The notes: generated by a model from the sequence alone, not told the origin. Numbered from the stretch's first letter, positions 51,574 through 62,968 are shown. The stretch is DNA of 64,000 nucleotides from an uncultured Gemmatimonadales bacterium (GCA_963779755.1 CAVZZO010000003.1:512001-576000), one strand, 5' to 3'. Made by a program: numbers and translations.

Positions 51574-52832
51574 CCCGGCGTTACGGATTGTCGCTCGCCC
51601 GCCTGATGGAAGGCGTCGGCATCGCGCTGAGCTCGCTCAACGCCAACAAGGTACGCGCCGCCCTGACCATCCTGGGCGTCGCCATCGGGGTCATGGTGGT
51701 GATCGCCATGGCGTCGATGATCACCGGCATCAACAAGAGCGTCAGCAAGATGCTGGAGGATGCCGGGCCCAAGACTTTCTACGTCTTCCGCTACTGGTCG
51801 GGCGGCGTCAATATCTCCGACGGCTCCGACGAGCTGTCGCCCTGGCGGCGAAACCCCTGGCTCAAGGTGGAGGAAGCGGACATGATCCGCCGCCTGCCGG
51901 ACATCCGGGATGTCGCGGTGCAGGAGAACACCCAGGGGCCGGTGAGCTACGAGGGCACCAAGCTGGCCAGCGTGGATATCGCCGGGTTCAGCCCCAGCTG
52001 GGTCCTGGTGACCGGCGGACAGATCCAGGCGGGGCGGAATTTCACGGCGGTGGAGTACGCCTCCGGCGCGCACGTGGCGGTCATCAACGACAAGGTGGCG
52101 GAGAGCCTCTTCCCCAACCTCGATCCCATCGGCAAGGTCATCAAGATCTTCGGCCAGCCCTTTACCGTGGTGGGCCTGCACGTGGCGGCCGCGTCCCTGT
52201 TCGGGAACGAGACGACGCCGCGGCTGGCCATCCCCCATACCACCTTCCAGAAGGTGGCGGACTACTGGAAGGGCTGGATGATGTTCGTCGTCATTCCGAC
52301 CGACGCGGCCAGCGTGGCGGACGCCCAGGACCAGGTCACCACCGCCCTGCGGGTGAGCCGGGGGCTCAAGCCGGCGCAACCCAACAACTTCACGGTGGTA
52401 ACCCAGGACAAGTTCCTGGAGTCCTGGAACTCGATGACCGTCGGTTTCTTCGCCGTGATGTTCGCGCTCAGCAGCGTGGGACTCATGGTGGGCGGCGTCG
52501 GCGTGATCGCCATCATGATGATCTCGGTGACCGAGCGCACCCGGGAGATCGGCGTGCGCAAGGCGCTGGGCGCCACCCGGCGCGAGATCATGTTCCAGTT
52601 CCTGGTGGAGGCGGCGACCCTCACGCTGGTGGGCTGCCTGGTGGGGCTCATCCTGGGCGCGCTCATTGCCTGGGGCATCCGCAGCTTCCTGCCGGTGCTC
52701 CCCGCCACCGTGCCGCTCTGGTCGGTGGGCGTGGCCTTCGTGGCCGCGGTACTGACCGGTGTGCTCTTCGGCCTCTACCCCGCCAACAAGGCGAGCCAGA
52801 TGGATCCGGTCGAGGCGCTCAGATACGAATAG
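51570..52832 (+). CDS. ABC transporter permease (MacB/FtsX-like)
   Basis: VGGVGVIAIM..ERTREIGVRKALGA; MDPVEALRYE. Confidence 0.95.
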
Positions 52833-52935
52833 AAAGGAGAAAAGAGGAAGGGACTGAGAGAAAGGTGAAGGAATGATCGATTATTATAGACTGTTCCTTC
52901 GCTTTTCTCTCAGTCCCTTGACCTTTTCTCTCTCC
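52830..52935. repeat. Purine/pyrimidine inverted repeat (possible terminator or REP-like element)
   Basis: AAGGGACTGAGAGAAAG...CTTTTCTCTCAGTCCCTT; CTCAGTCCCT also at 32342. Confidence 0.7.
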
Positions 52936-52943
52936 TGGTCTCC

Positions 52944-53660
52944 ATGCCCGTAGATCTCCTGGCGATCGCCGCCCACCGGGACGACATCGAGCTCACCTGT
53001 GGCGGGACCCTGATCCGCGCCGCCGGCCAGGGCCACCGGACGGCCATCCTCGATCTCACCGCGGGTGAGACGGGGACCCGAGGCAGTGCCGCGCTGCGGC
53101 AGGAAGAGGCGGAGCGGGCCGCCGCGGTCCTGGGGGTGGCCGAGCGGCGGAATGCCGGCCTGCCCGACGCCCACCTCCACAACAGCGAGGAGACCCGCCG
53201 GATCGTGGTGGAGCAGATCCGCCATTTCGCGCCCCGGGTGGTGATTCTGCCCTTTCCCGTGGGCCGGCACCCCGATCATCGGATCGCCTCGGAACTGGCG
53301 CGCGACGCCTGCTACCTGGCGGGCCTGGCGCGCTACGAGGCCGCCGGAGAGCCTCACCGCCCCTTCAAGCTCCTGTACGCGCTGGCTTACCGGGAGGATC
53401 CGGTCAAGCCCACCCTCGTGGTGGACATCTCCGACCACTTCGCCCGGAAGATGGAGGCCATTCGCTGCTACGCCAGCCAGTTCGACGGCGCCCGGGCGGC
53501 CGGCGAGATCTTCCCCACCGGCCAGGACCTCTACGCCCTGATCGAGACGCAGAACGCTCACTACGGCTCGCTCATCCGCTGCCGCTATGGCGAGCCGTTC
53601 TTTACGCATGAGACAGTGCTGGTAGACGATGTGGTGGCGCTGGGGGTGCAGAGCATGTGA
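52944..53660 (+). CDS. bshB1: Bacillithiol biosynthesis deacetylase (PIG-L family)
   Basis: AHRDDIE..GGT, DLTAGETGTRG, RHPDH, YASQF, YGEPF. Confidence 0.88.
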   Translation: MPVDLLAIAAHRDDIELTCGGTLIRAAGQGHRTAILDLTAGETGTRGSAALRQEEAERAAAVLGVAERRNAGLPDAHLHNSEETRRIVVEQIRHFAPRVVILPFPVGRHPDHRIASELARDACYLAGLARYEAAGEPHRPFKLLYALAYREDPVKPTLVVDISDHFARKMEAIRCYASQFDGARAAGEIFPTGQDLYALIETQNAHYGSLIRCRYGEPFFTHETVLVDDVVALGVQSM

Positions 53661-53664
53661 TCTG

Positions 53665-53813
53665 CAGGAACCAGGAATCGGGAATCAGGGCCCTAACCGA
53701 GGATCCCTCGATCCTGATTCCTGATTCCTGATTCCTGATTCCTGATTCCTGATTCCTGATTCCTGATTCCTGATTCCTGATTCCTGATTCCTGATTCCTG
53801 ATTCCTGATTCCT
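53665..53813. repeat. (GATTCCT)14 microsatellite with short inverted arm
   Basis: 14 perfect copies at 53716-53813; AGGAACC-AGGAATC-GGGAATC-AGGG upstream. Confidence 0.95.
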
Positions 53814-53831
53814 CCCATAGTATCTTTCGGC

Positions 53832-55010
53832 ATGCCCGCAACACCCATCTATCTCGATCATGCCGCCACGACCCCGGTCCGCCCCGAGGTCCTGGAGGCC
53901 ATGCTGCCCTACCTCTCGGAAACCGCTTTCGGCAACCCCTCGAGCGCCCACCGCTTCGGCCGGGCGGCGCGGGCGGGCATGGAGGAGGCCAAGCGGAAGG
54001 TGGCCGCGGCGGTAGGCGCCGAGCCCAGCCAGGTGATCTTTACCTCCGGCGGCACCGAGGCCGACAACCTGGCCATCATCGGCAGCGCCCTGGCCTCGCG
54101 CGACCGGGGCGGCCCCATGCGGGTGGCCGTGAGCGCCACCGAGCACAAGGCGGTACTCGCGGCGGCCCATGCCGTGCGCCATCTCGGCGGTGAAGAGGAC
54201 ATCCTGCCGGTAGACGCCGGCGGCAGGATCGATCCGGCGGGGCTGGATCGTGCCCTGGAGCACCGGCCCGCGCTGGTCTCGGTCATGTGGGTCAACAACG
54301 AGACCGGTACCATCCAGGACATCCCTGCCCTCGCGACGCGCTGCCAGGAGGCCGAGGTCTGCTTCCACAGCGACGCGGTGCAGGCCTTCGGGAAGATCCC
54401 GGTCTCGTTGCGCGATCTGCCCTGCCGGCTGCTGACCATCTCGGGCCACAAGATCGGCGCGCCCAAGGGGATCGGGGCCCTCATCGTGCGCGACCGCAAG
54501 GCGGTCGAGGCGATCATCCATGGCGGGGGGCAGCAGTTCGGCCTGCGGCCCGGCACCGAAAACGTGGCGGGCGCCGTCGCGCTGGGCCGCGCGGCCGAGC
54601 TGGCGGTGGAGGAGCTGGAGCACGAATCCGCCCGGCTGCGCGGGTTGCGCGACGACCTGGAGCGCCGCCTGCTGGAGGCGGTGCCCGATCTGCGGGTGAA
54701 CGGGAGCGCGGACCACCGCGCGCCCCATGTCCTCAATGTGGCCGTACCGGGCGCCGACAGCGAGGCGCTGCTCATGCACTTCGACCTGGCGGGGATCGCC
54801 GTGTCGGCGGGGTCGGCCTGCAGCACCGGCGCGGTAGAGCCCTCGCATGTGCTCACCGCCATGGGCGTTCCCCGGGAGCTGGCCCTGGGTGCCATCCGGT
54901 TCAGCCTGGGGCACACCACCACGGACAGCGACATCGACCGGACCGCCGCGGTCTTCCCCGGGGTGGTCGAGAAGGTGCGCAAGCTGGCGGGGGTACTGGG
55001 ACGTGGATAA
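53832..55010 (+). CDS. iscS: Cysteine desulfurase (IscS/NifS family)
   Basis: [32 protein letters not shown]. Confidence 0.93.
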   Translation: MPATPIYLDHAATTPVRPEVLEAMLPYLSETAFGNPSSAHRFGRAARAGMEEAKRKVAAAVGAEPSQVIFTSGGTEADNLAIIGSALASRDRGGPMRVAVSATEHKAVLAAAHAVRHLGGEEDILPVDAGGRIDPAGLDRALEHRPALVSVMWVNNETGTIQDIPALATRCQEAEVCFHSDAVQAFGKIPVSLRDLPCRLLTISGHKIGAPKGIGALIVRDRKAVEAIIHGGGQQFGLRPGTENVAGAVALGRAAELAVEELEHESARLRGLRDDLERRLLEAVPDLRVNGSADHRAPHVLNVAVPGADSEALLMHFDLAGIAVSAGSACSTGAVEPSHVLTAMGVPRELALGAIRFSLGHTTTDSDIDRTAAVFPGVVEKVRKLAGVLGRG

Positions 55011-56148
55011 CAGACGGCAGGACGGTAAGACGGCAAGGGGCAGGGTGCTGGTGGCCATGTCGGGCGGCGTGGACAGCTCGGTGGCCGCCGCGCTGCTGGT
55101 GGACCAGGGCTATGACGTCATCGGCGCCACCATGAAGCTTTTCTGCTACGGCGACGAGGTGCCCGACCGCCCCTGCTGCTCCCTCGACAGCATCAACGAC
55201 GCACGCGACGTGGCGCACCGGCTGGGCATCCCCCACTACGTGCTCAACCTGGAAGACCGCTTCGGCGCCTACGTCATCGACAACTTCGTGGCGGAGTATG
55301 CCGCGGGGCGCACGCCCATTCCCTGCGTCCGCTGCAACTCGTTCACCAAGTTCCGAGACCTGCTGGCCCACGCCGACGCGATGGGATGCGACTTCATCGC
55401 CACCGGGCACTACGCCCGGGCCCGGGCGGGCGCGCTCTATCGCGGGCGCGACCGCCAGAAGGACCAGTCCTATTTCCTCTGGGGCATTCAGCGCGAGGTG
55501 GTGGGACGGATGCTGACGCCGGTGGGCGATCTCACCAAGCAGGAAACTCGCGTCACCGCCCGGCAGCTCGGCCTCTCCACCGCGGAGAAGCCCGAGTCGG
55601 TGGAGATCTGCTTCGTGCCCGACGGCGACTATGCCGCGGTGCTGGAGCGGCGGCTGCCGCCGGAGGCACCGGCGCTCCAGCCCGGGCCCTTCGTGACGCC
55701 GGCGGGCCAGATCCTCGGCGAGCACCGCGGCTTTGCGCGCTACACCATCGGCCAGCGGCGCGGCCTGCCGGGCGGCGCATCGGCGCCGCGGTATGTGGTG
55801 GCGATCCGCCCCGACGACCGCGCCGTGGTGGTCGGCGGGCTGGAGGATCTGGCCGCCTCGGCCGTCGCGCTGGACGAAGTCAACTGGCTGGCGGAGCCGC
55901 TTGCGCCGGGGGCGCGCTGCCAGATCCAGATCCGCTATCGCTCCGCCCCCCTGCCCGCGGTGGTGGTATCGGCCGGACCGGATACGCTGTGCCTGGCCCT
56001 GGAGCGGCCGGGCCGCGCGGTCACCCCGGGACAGTCGGGGGCGCTGTACGCCGACGACGGCCGGCTGCTGGGCGGCGGTGTCATCGGCCGGGTGCCCGCC
56101 GGCCGCGCCGGCCGTACCCTGCCGGTCGTGGCGCTCGCCGCCGGCTGA
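55003..56148 (+). CDS. mnmA: tRNA 2-thiouridine(34) synthase
   Basis: [43 protein letters not shown]. Confidence 0.96.
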   Translation: MDNRRQDGKTARGRVLVAMSGGVDSSVAAALLVDQGYDVIGATMKLFCYGDEVPDRPCCSLDSINDARDVAHRLGIPHYVLNLEDRFGAYVIDNFVAEYAAGRTPIPCVRCNSFTKFRDLLAHADAMGCDFIATGHYARARAGALYRGRDRQKDQSYFLWGIQREVVGRMLTPVGDLTKQETRVTARQLGLSTAEKPESVEICFVPDGDYAAVLERRLPPEAPALQPGPFVTPAGQILGEHRGFARYTIGQRRGLPGGASAPRYVVAIRPDDRAVVVGGLEDLAASAVALDEVNWLAEPLAPGARCQIQIRYRSAPLPAVVVSAGPDTLCLALERPGRAVTPGQSGALYADDGRLLGGGVIGRVPAGRAGRTLPVVALAAG

Positions 56149-56149
56149 G

Positions 56150-58180
56150 ATGCGGCGGATGTTCCGGTGCCTCCGCGCCGGCGCGGCGGTCCTGCTGACG
56201 CTGCCGCCCATGCTGGCGGCGCAGCAGCAGCGGGTTCCCCTCTCGGTGGACGAGTTTCTCTCCCTGGCCACGCTGAGCGATCCCCGCCCCTCGCCCGAGG
56301 GCCTGCTGGTGGCGTTTACCGTCTCGACCCCCTCGCTCGCCAACGACCGCAACAGCTCGCACGTCTGGGTGGTGGACGTCGCCAACGGCCAGGTGCGCCA
56401 GGCGACCACCGGCGCCAGCCACGAGCGCTCGCCCCGCTGGTCGCCCGACGCGAAGACCCTGGCGTATATCTCCGACCGCGGCGGGTCGCCCCAGATCTGG
56501 CGGCTGCCGATCGCCGGCGGCGAGCCCCGGCAGGTGACGGACTTTGCCGCCGGCGTCACCGATTTTTTCTGGTCCCCGAGGGGGAAGGCGCTCTTTTTCA
56601 CCAGCGACATCCCCTGGCCGCCGGGCGAGCAGGCGCGCCGGGACGGCGACTATCCCACCAGCGCGCGGATCTGGACCAGCCTGTTCTACCGGCACTGGAA
56701 CGAGTGGCGCACGGGGCGGCGTTCGCACCTCTTCCGGGTGGAGGTGGAAAGCGGGGAGATCACCGATCTCACGCCCATCGACCGGGACATTCCCACCCTG
56801 GCGCTGGGCGGGCGCGACCTGGCCATCTCCGGGCCGGGCACCGAGCTCGCGGTGGTGATGAACCCCGATTCCTCCCTCGCGACCAGCACCAACAACGACA
56901 TCTACGTGATGGGCCCGGACGGCAGCGGCCGGCAGCCCGTCACCACCAATCCGGCGAACGACCACAGCCCGGCCTACTCGCCCGACAGCCGCTACATCGC
57001 CTACCTGGCGACCGAGACCCCCGGTTTCGAATCGGACCGCCAGCAACTCATTCTCTACGAGCGCGCCACCGGGCGCCGCCTGCCGCTGACGCCCGACTGG
57101 GATCTGAGCGTGTCCGCCTTCACCTGGACGCCCGACGCCCGCGCCATCCTGGCCCAGGTGGTGGAGGGGGGCCAGGAGGTGATCTACCGGATCGAGGTTC
57201 CCAGCGGCCGGCGCACCCGGATCGTGGGCGGCGGCGTGAATACCGAGATCCGGGCGGCGGAACGGGGCGACCTGGTCACCTTCCTGCACCAGACGGCCTC
57301 GCATCCGCCCGAGGTGTGGGTGATGAACGCGCAGGGCGGCGGCCAGCGCCAGCTGACCGATTTCAACGGCCGGGCCCTGGAACGGCTGGCCCTGTCGCCG
57401 GTGGAGCGGTTCGGCTTTCTGGGCACCCAGGGCGACTCGGTCTACGGCTGGCTCATGAAGCCGCCGGGGTTCGATCCCTCGCGCCGCTACCCCCTGGTAT
57501 ATCTGATCCACGGCGGCCCGCAGGGTTCCTGGCTGGATGAGTGGCACCCCCGCTGGAACTACGCGCCCTTCGCCGCGCGCGGCTACGTGGTGGCCGCGGT
57601 CGATTTCCACGGCTCCACCGGCTACGGGCAGCGGTTCACCAACAGCGTCTCACGCCACTGGGGCGACTATCCCTACGACGATCTGATGCGGGGCCTGGAT
57701 TACCTTGCCGCCCTGCCCTACGTGGATCGCGACCGCATGGGGGCGGCCGGGGCCTCGTACGGCGGTTACATGATCTACTGGATGGAGGGGCACACCAACC
57801 GCTTCAAGGTGATGGTAGCGCACGACGGGATCTTCAACCCGCTGAGCTTTGCCGGCACCACCGAGGAACTGTGGTTCCCCGCCTGGGAGTTCGGCGGCAC
57901 CCAGCTCTCTCCCGCCGCCCGGTCGCTGATGGAAAAGTGGTCGCCTGCCAACTTCCTGAACCAGTGGTCCACGCCGCTGCTCGTCATCCACAGCCAGGAG
58001 GATTACCGGGTGGACCTCTCCGAAGGGCTGCAGGCTTTCACCGCGCTGCGGCTGCGGGGGATTCCGGGCAAGTTTCTCTATTTCCCCGACGAGGGCCATT
58101 TCGTCACCTCGCCGCGAGACCGGCGTCTGTGGTGGAACACGGTGCTGGACTGGCTCGACCGCTGGCTCAAGCCCGCCTAG
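56150..58180 (+). CDS. S9 family peptidase with PD40 beta-propeller
   Basis: WSPD repeats, IHGGPQ, GASYGG, DYRV, DEGH. Confidence 0.95.
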   Translation: MRRMFRCLRAGAAVLLTLPPMLAAQQQRVPLSVDEFLSLATLSDPRPSPEGLLVAFTVSTPSLANDRNSSHVWVVDVANGQVRQATTGASHERSPRWSPDAKTLAYISDRGGSPQIWRLPIAGGEPRQVTDFAAGVTDFFWSPRGKALFFTSDIPWPPGEQARRDGDYPTSARIWTSLFYRHWNEWRTGRRSHLFRVEVESGEITDLTPIDRDIPTLALGGRDLAISGPGTELAVVMNPDSSLATSTNNDIYVMGPDGSGRQPVTTNPANDHSPAYSPDSRYIAYLATETPGFESDRQQLILYERATGRRLPLTPDWDLSVSAFTWTPDARAILAQVVEGGQEVIYRIEVPSGRRTRIVGGGVNTEIRAAERGDLVTFLHQTASHPPEVWVMNAQGGGQRQLTDFNGRALERLALSPVERFGFLGTQGDSVYGWLMKPPGFDPSRRYPLVYLIHGGPQGSWLDEWHPRWNYAPFAARGYVVAAVDFHGSTGYGQRFTNSVSRHWGDYPYDDLMRGLDYLAALPYVDRDRMGAAGASYGGYMIYWMEGHTNRFKVMVAHDGIFNPLSFAGTTEELWFPAWEFGGTQLSPAARSLMEKWSPANFLNQWSTPLLVIHSQEDYRVDLSEGLQAFTALRLRGIPGKFLYFPDEGHFVTSPRDRRLWWNTVLDWLDRWLKPA

Positions 58181-58181
58181 G

Positions 58182-58571
58182 ATGCGCTCGCTCTTTGTCC
58201 GCTGGCTGATCAACAGCCTGGCCCTCTACGCGGCAGTCGAGCTGCTGCCCGGCATCCATTTCACCCGGGGTCCGGTGGCGCTGCTGCTGGTGGCCGCCAT
58301 CTTCGGCATCGTCAACAGCGCCCTGCGGCCCATGCTGACGATCCTGACCTGCCCCCTGCTCATCCTCACTCTCGGGCTGTTCACCTTCGTCATCAATGCG
58401 GTGCTGCTGCAGTTCACCGCCTGGCTGTCGGGCCAGTTCAACCTGGGGCTGGAGGTGGACGGGTTCGGCGCCGCCTTCTGGGGCGGGCTGGTGATCGGAA
58501 TCATCAGCGTGGTGTTGTCGCTCTTTGTCGGGGAGACCAAGGTCAAGGTGGTGCGGCCGGAGGGCCATTGA
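58182..58571 (+). CDS. 4-TM 'phage holin family' (YvlD-like) membrane protein
   Basis: VNSALRP..LTLGLFTFVINA..GFGAAFWG. Confidence 0.88.
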   Translation: MRSLFVRWLINSLALYAAVELLPGIHFTRGPVALLLVAAIFGIVNSALRPMLTILTCPLLILTLGLFTFVINAVLLQFTAWLSGQFNLGLEVDGFGAAFWGGLVIGIISVVLSLFVGETKVKVVRPEGH

Positions 58572-58589
58572 GCCAGCATCGCGCCGGAC

Positions 58590-58677
58590 CTCGACCTTCT
58601 CGACCCCCTCGACTCTCTCGACCGCTCTGAGGGGTCGAGGGGGTCGAGGGGGTCAAGGGGATCGAGAGGTTCGAGGG
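58590..58677. repeat. CTCGACC 9-mer palindromic array
   Basis: CTCGACCTT-CTCGACCCC-CTCGACTCT-CTCGACC followed by inverted GGTCGAG units. Confidence 0.85.
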
Positions 58678-58680
58678 CGC

Positions 58681-58911
58681 ATGCGACAGCCGATCACCGG
58701 ATATCACCGCGACGAGGAGGGCCACTGGGTGGCCGAGCTGGCCTGCGGCCATGGACAGCACGTGCGCCATGACCCGCCCTGGCAGGTCCGCCCCTGGGTC
58801 ACCACCCCCGAGGGCCGCGCCGGCCGCATGGGGCTGCTGCTGAACTGCCTCCGGTGCGATGCCGGAGAGCCTCCCGGCACTCCCGTGTCGCCGGCGCCGG
58901 GGGCGGGCTAG
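58681..58911 (+). CDS. DUF3565 domain protein
   Basis: ITGYHRDEEGHWVAELACGHGQHVRHDPPW..CLRC. Confidence 0.9.
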   Translation: MRQPITGYHRDEEGHWVAELACGHGQHVRHDPPWQVRPWVTTPEGRAGRMGLLLNCLRCDAGEPPGTPVSPAPGAG

Positions 58912-58920
58912 ATTGAGGGC

Positions 58921-61038
58921 ATGACCGATGTCCGGATTTCCCCGTCCATCCAGGGCGCCACGCCGGTGGCCGACCTGCGGCAGCCGGGGCTCTATATCAA
59001 CCGGGAGCTGTCCTGGCTGGAGTTCAACCGCCGGGTGCTGGCGGAGGCACAGGATCCGCGCAATCCGGCGCTGGAGCGGCTCAAGTTCCTGAGCATCTTC
59101 TCCTCCAATCTGGACGAATTCTTCCAGGTCCGGGTGGCGGGGCTGAAGCAGCAGCTGGCGGTGGGCTACGCGGAACGGACGGCCGACGGGATGACGCCGG
59201 AGGACCAGCTCCGGGCCATTTCGGCGGTGGTGCGTGAGCTGCAGCGCGATCACGGCGCGACGCTGGTGAACGAGGTCATCCCGGCGCTCGCGGCGCACGG
59301 CATCGGTCTCCTCAGCCTGGACGACGCATCGCCGGAAGACCGGGAGTACATCGCCCGCTATTTCCGCGAGAATGTGTTTCCGGTGCTGACGCCGCTGGCG
59401 GTAGATCCGGCGCACCCCTTTCCCTACATCTCGAATCTGAGCCTGTCGATCGCGGTGATGCTGCGCGACAGCGACGGCGAGGAGCATTTCGCCCGGGTCA
59501 AGGTGCCCAAGATCCTGCCGCGCTGGGTGCCGATGCCCGGGACCATGCGTTACATCCCGCTGGAACAGGTGATCGGCGCCAACCTGGAGTCCCTCTTCCC
59601 GGGCGTGGAGATCCTCGGCTGGTACATGTTCCGCATCACCCGGAACACCGATATCCAGATCGACCAGGATGAAGCCGAAGACCTGCTGAGCCTGATCCAG
59701 GAGGAGATCCGCAACCGGCGCTTCGGCGAGGTCACCCGGCTGGAGATCCAGCCCGACATGCCCCGCCCCATGCGGCAGCTGCTGATCGGCGAGTTTGCGG
59801 AGGAGCAGGAGTCCGATCTCGCCTGGCTTACCGACGACGACGTCTACGAGGTAGCGGGCCCGCTGGATGCCGCCGATCTCATGTCGCTCGCCACCCTCGA
59901 CGTGCCGGAGCTGCGCGATCCGCCGCTCCACGCCGTCACCCCGCCGCGCCTGGCCGGGGGCCGTAACCCGTTCGAGGTCATCCGCGAAGGCGATATCCTG
60001 CTGCACCACCCCTACGACAGCTTCCACAGCACGGTGGAGCGGGTGATCCAGGCCGCGGTGGATGACCCCGATGTGCTGGCGATCAAGATCACGCTCTACC
60101 GCACCGGGGGCGATTCCAGCATCGCCCGGCTCCTGGCCCAGGCCGCCGAGCGGGGCAAACAGGTGGCGGTGCTGATCGAGCTGCAGGCCCGCTTCGACGA
60201 AGAGAGCAATATCATCTGGGCCCAGCGGCTGGAGGACGTAGGCGTGCACGTGAGCTACGGCGTGGCCGGGCTCAAGACCCACGCCAAGGTGATGCTGATC
60301 GTCCGGCGCGAGGGCGACGCCATCACGCGCTACGTGCATATCGGCACCGGCAACTACAATCCCAAGACGGCGCGGCTCTATACCGATTTCGGTATCTTCA
60401 GCGCCGACCCGGCCCTCGGCTCCGACCTGACCGACCTGTTCAACGTGCTCACCGGGTTCGCGGTCCGGACCGATTATCGCAAGCTCATCCTGGCCCCCAG
60501 CGGCATGCGCGACCGTTTTCTCTGGCTCATCCGCCGGGAAGCCGCCCTGGCCCGCAACGGGCGCCCCGCCCGCATCCTGGCCAAGATGAACGCGCTGGTC
60601 GATCCGGAGATCATCGCCACCCTGTACGAGGCCTCGCAGGCGGGCGTGCGGGTGCAGCTGATCGTGCGCGGCATCTGCTGCCTGCGCCCCGGCCTGCCGG
60701 GAGTGAGCGAGAACATCGAGGTCCTGAGCATCGTGGGCCGTTTTCTGGAGCATTCCCGCGCCTTCTGGTTCCAGAACGACGGACACGCCGAGGTCTTCAT
60801 CGGCTCGGGCGACTGGATGCCGCGCAATCTCGACCGCCGGATCGAGGTGACGGTGCCGGTGGAGACCACCGCCCACTGCGCCGCTCTCCGCGACTTGCTG
60901 GAGCTGATGTGGCAGGATCACCGGCAGGCCTGGGAACTGCGTGCCGACGGGACCTACACCCGGCGCACACCGCGCCCGGGCGAGGACGCCCGGGGGACGC
61001 ATCAGTTGTTGATGGAGTTGTACCGGCAGGGGCGGTAA
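58921..61038 (+). CDS. ppk1: Polyphosphate kinase 1
   Basis: NRELSWLEFNRRVL, SNLDEFF, HHPYDSF, KTHAK, GTGNYN, RFLEHSR, DWMPRNLDRRIE. Confidence 0.97.
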   Translation: MTDVRISPSIQGATPVADLRQPGLYINRELSWLEFNRRVLAEAQDPRNPALERLKFLSIFSSNLDEFFQVRVAGLKQQLAVGYAERTADGMTPEDQLRAISAVVRELQRDHGATLVNEVIPALAAHGIGLLSLDDASPEDREYIARYFRENVFPVLTPLAVDPAHPFPYISNLSLSIAVMLRDSDGEEHFARVKVPKILPRWVPMPGTMRYIPLEQVIGANLESLFPGVEILGWYMFRITRNTDIQIDQDEAEDLLSLIQEEIRNRRFGEVTRLEIQPDMPRPMRQLLIGEFAEEQESDLAWLTDDDVYEVAGPLDAADLMSLATLDVPELRDPPLHAVTPPRLAGGRNPFEVIREGDILLHHPYDSFHSTVERVIQAAVDDPDVLAIKITLYRTGGDSSIARLLAQAAERGKQVAVLIELQARFDEESNIIWAQRLEDVGVHVSYGVAGLKTHAKVMLIVRREGDAITRYVHIGTGNYNPKTARLYTDFGIFSADPALGSDLTDLFNVLTGFAVRTDYRKLILAPSGMRDRFLWLIRREAALARNGRPARILAKMNALVDPEIIATLYEASQAGVRVQLIVRGICCLRPGLPGVSENIEVLSIVGRFLEHSRAFWFQNDGHAEVFIGSGDWMPRNLDRRIEVTVPVETTAHCAALRDLLELMWQDHRQAWELRADGTYTRRTPRPGEDARGTHQLLMELYRQGR

Positions 61039-61122
61039 GGGCAGGGACCAGGAATCAGGGACCAGGAAACGAGCTAGTCCGGGCGGGAGGGGTAGGTCCC
61101 TGATCCCCGACTCCTGATCCCT
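61038..61122. repeat. GATYCCT heptamer palindromic element
   Basis: AGGGACCAGGAATCAGGGACCAGGAA...GGTCCCTGATCCCCGACTCCTGATCCCT between convergent ppk1 and dnaJ. Confidence 0.8.
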
Positions 61123-61127
61123 GCAGT

Positions 61128-62222
61128 TCAGTGAGGCATGCCCGCCAGCTCGGCGAACTTCTTCAGCTCTTCCTTCTGCTCGTCGTTCAGGTCTTCGGGA
61201 ATCTGGACCCGGATCTTCACCAGCTGGTCGCCCTTGCGGCCGGCCTTTTCCAGCCCCATCCCCTTGATGCGGAACTTGCGGCCCGGCTGCGTGCCGGCGG
61301 GCACCCGCAGCACCACCTTGCGGCCGTCGATGGTGCGCACCCGGATCCGGGTCCCCAGAGCGGCCTGCGCCAGGTTGAGCGGCACCTCGCTGATGAGATC
61401 GAGCCCGTCGCGCTCGAAGAAGCGGTCCGGCTCCACCTGGAAGGTCACCAGCAGATCGCCCGCCGGGGTACCCCCCGGCCCCGGCTCGCCCTGACCCCGG
61501 AGCCGCACCTTCTGGCCCGATTCCGTGGCGGACGGCACCGTGATCATCACCCGGCGGTCGGTCCGGACCTCACCCATGCCGCCGCAGGTGGGGCACTTCT
61601 CGGTGGGGATCTTCCCCCGGCCGCGGCACTGGGGGCAGGGCCGGCTCACCGCAAACCCGCCCTGGCCGAAGGTCACCGTGCCCCGCCCGTTGCACTCGGG
61701 GCAGACCAGCACCTGGGCGCCGGGCGCCGCACCACTGCCCTTGCAGGTGGGACAGGGTTCGTTGACCGGCAGCGTGACCGGCACCTTCCCGCCCAGCGCC
61801 GCGACCCGGAAGGGCACCTCGACGACGGCCTCGACGTCGTGGCCGGCGCGCTGCTCCTCCCGGCGCCCGCGACCGAAAATGGACGAGAACAGATCGCCCA
61901 GTCCGCCGATACCTCCCAGGTCGCCGAAATCGAATTGCTGCCCTTCCGGGCCGGGACCCGGCTGCCCCCGGGGCCTCCCGCCTCCCCGCATGCCCTCGAA
62001 GGCGCCGAGCTTGCGCATCTGATCGTACTGGCGCCGCTTCTCCGGATCGGAGAGGACGCTGTGGGCTTCGGAAATGGACTTGAAGCGTTCAGCCGCGGAG
62101 GGGTTGTTCGGATTCGCGTCGGGATGGTACTGCTTGGCCAGACGGCGGTAGGCTTTCTTGATCTCCTCCGCCGAGGCGCCCTCGGAGACGCCCAGTGTCT
62201 GGTAGTAGTCGTTTCCTGCCAC
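61128..62222 (-). CDS. dnaJ: Molecular chaperone DnaJ
   Basis: J domain with HPD, G/F region, four CxxCxGxG repeats. Confidence 0.96.
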   Translation of the reverse strand: MAGNDYYQTLGVSEGASAEEIKKAYRRLAKQYHPDANPNNPSAAERFKSISEAHSVLSDPEKRRQYDQMRKLGAFEGMRGGGRPRGQPGPGPEGQQFDFGDLGGIGGLGDLFSSIFGRGRREEQRAGHDVEAVVEVPFRVAALGGKVPVTLPVNEPCPTCKGSGAAPGAQVLVCPECNGRGTVTFGQGGFAVSRPCPQCRGRGKIPTEKCPTCGGMGEVRTDRRVMITVPSATESGQKVRLRGQGEPGPGGTPAGDLLVTFQVEPDRFFERDGLDLISEVPLNLAQAALGTRIRVRTIDGRKVVLRVPAGTQPGRKFRIKGMGLEKAGRKGDQLVKIRVQIPEDLNDEQKEELKKFAELAGMPH

Positions 62223-62224
62223 GC

Positions 62225-62848
62225 TCAGGCCTGGCCCTGGTCGGAATACACCTGGACCCGGGCCGGCCGGATGAGCTGGCCCTTGAACCGGTAGCCGGTC
62301 TGGAAGGTGGCGCTCACCGTATGGTCCTGCGCCGGTTCCGGCGGCGGGACGGCGGAGACCGCTTCGTGCTCCGCGGGGTTGAACGGCTGCCCCGCCGGAT
62401 CGAGACGCTCCAGGCCGGCAGCCTGCAGTTCCTTGCGGAGCTTGCGGTCGATCAACACGACGGCATCCTTGATGACTTGGTCGGAGACCTCGGTACCCTG
62501 ATCGCTCACCACGCGGTCGAGATCATCCAGCACATCGAGCATCCGCATGACGAATGCGGCCTGCGCCCGGTCGCCCAGCTCGATCCGCTCGCGTGCGATG
62601 CGCTTGCGGAAGTTGTCGAACTCCGCAGCCAGCCGGAGGTGGCGCTCCTGGCACGCATCCAGCTCGCCCTGCAGTCGATCGGCACGCTGCTGGGCATTCT
62701 CCATGGGGAGCCCGGCAGTGGGATGCGCCGGCTCCGCCGCGGTATCGTCCGGCTCGATGGCGGGAGCCTCGGCGGGGGCCTGGGCACGCTCGCTGTCCGG
62801 CTGGTCGGTATCTGTAACTCTGCGTTTATCAGGCACTTCGCTGCTCAC
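62225..62848 (-). CDS. grpE: Nucleotide exchange factor GrpE (start approximate)
   Basis: [35 protein letters not shown]. Confidence 0.95.
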   Translation of the reverse strand: MSSEVPDKRRVTDTDQPDSERAQAPAEAPAIEPDDTAAEPAHPTAGLPMENAQQRADRLQGELDACQERHLRLAAEFDNFRKRIARERIELGDRAQAAFVMRMLDVLDDLDRVVSDQGTEVSDQVIKDAVVLIDRKLRKELQAAGLERLDPAGQPFNPAEHEAVSAVPPPEPAQDHTVSATFQTGYRFKGQLIRPARVQVYSDQGQA

Positions 62849-62894
62849 AGACGGTGAAGGAGGGAAAGATAATACCGCCGCGGAGGCGTAACAG

Positions 62895-62959
62895 CGGGAA
62901 CCGGGAAAGGGGAAACGGGAACCGGCAACCCTTCCCTCTTCCCCTTTCCCGTTTCCCGC
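62895..62959. repeat. GGGAAAC-type heptamer palindromic element
   Basis: CGGGAACCGGGAAAGGGGAAACGGGAACC...TTCCCTCTTCCCCTTTCCCGTTTCCCG. Confidence 0.8.
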
Positions 62960-62968
62960 TGTTCTCAA

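Noticed and set aside
58182..58571. Holin as evidence of a prophage
   Set aside because: YvlD-like 4-TM family is common on chromosomes; no phage genes in the window.
61128..62968. grpE-dnaJ without dnaK; CIRCE element
   Set aside because: Split chaperone operons are common, and no CIRCE inverted repeat was seen.
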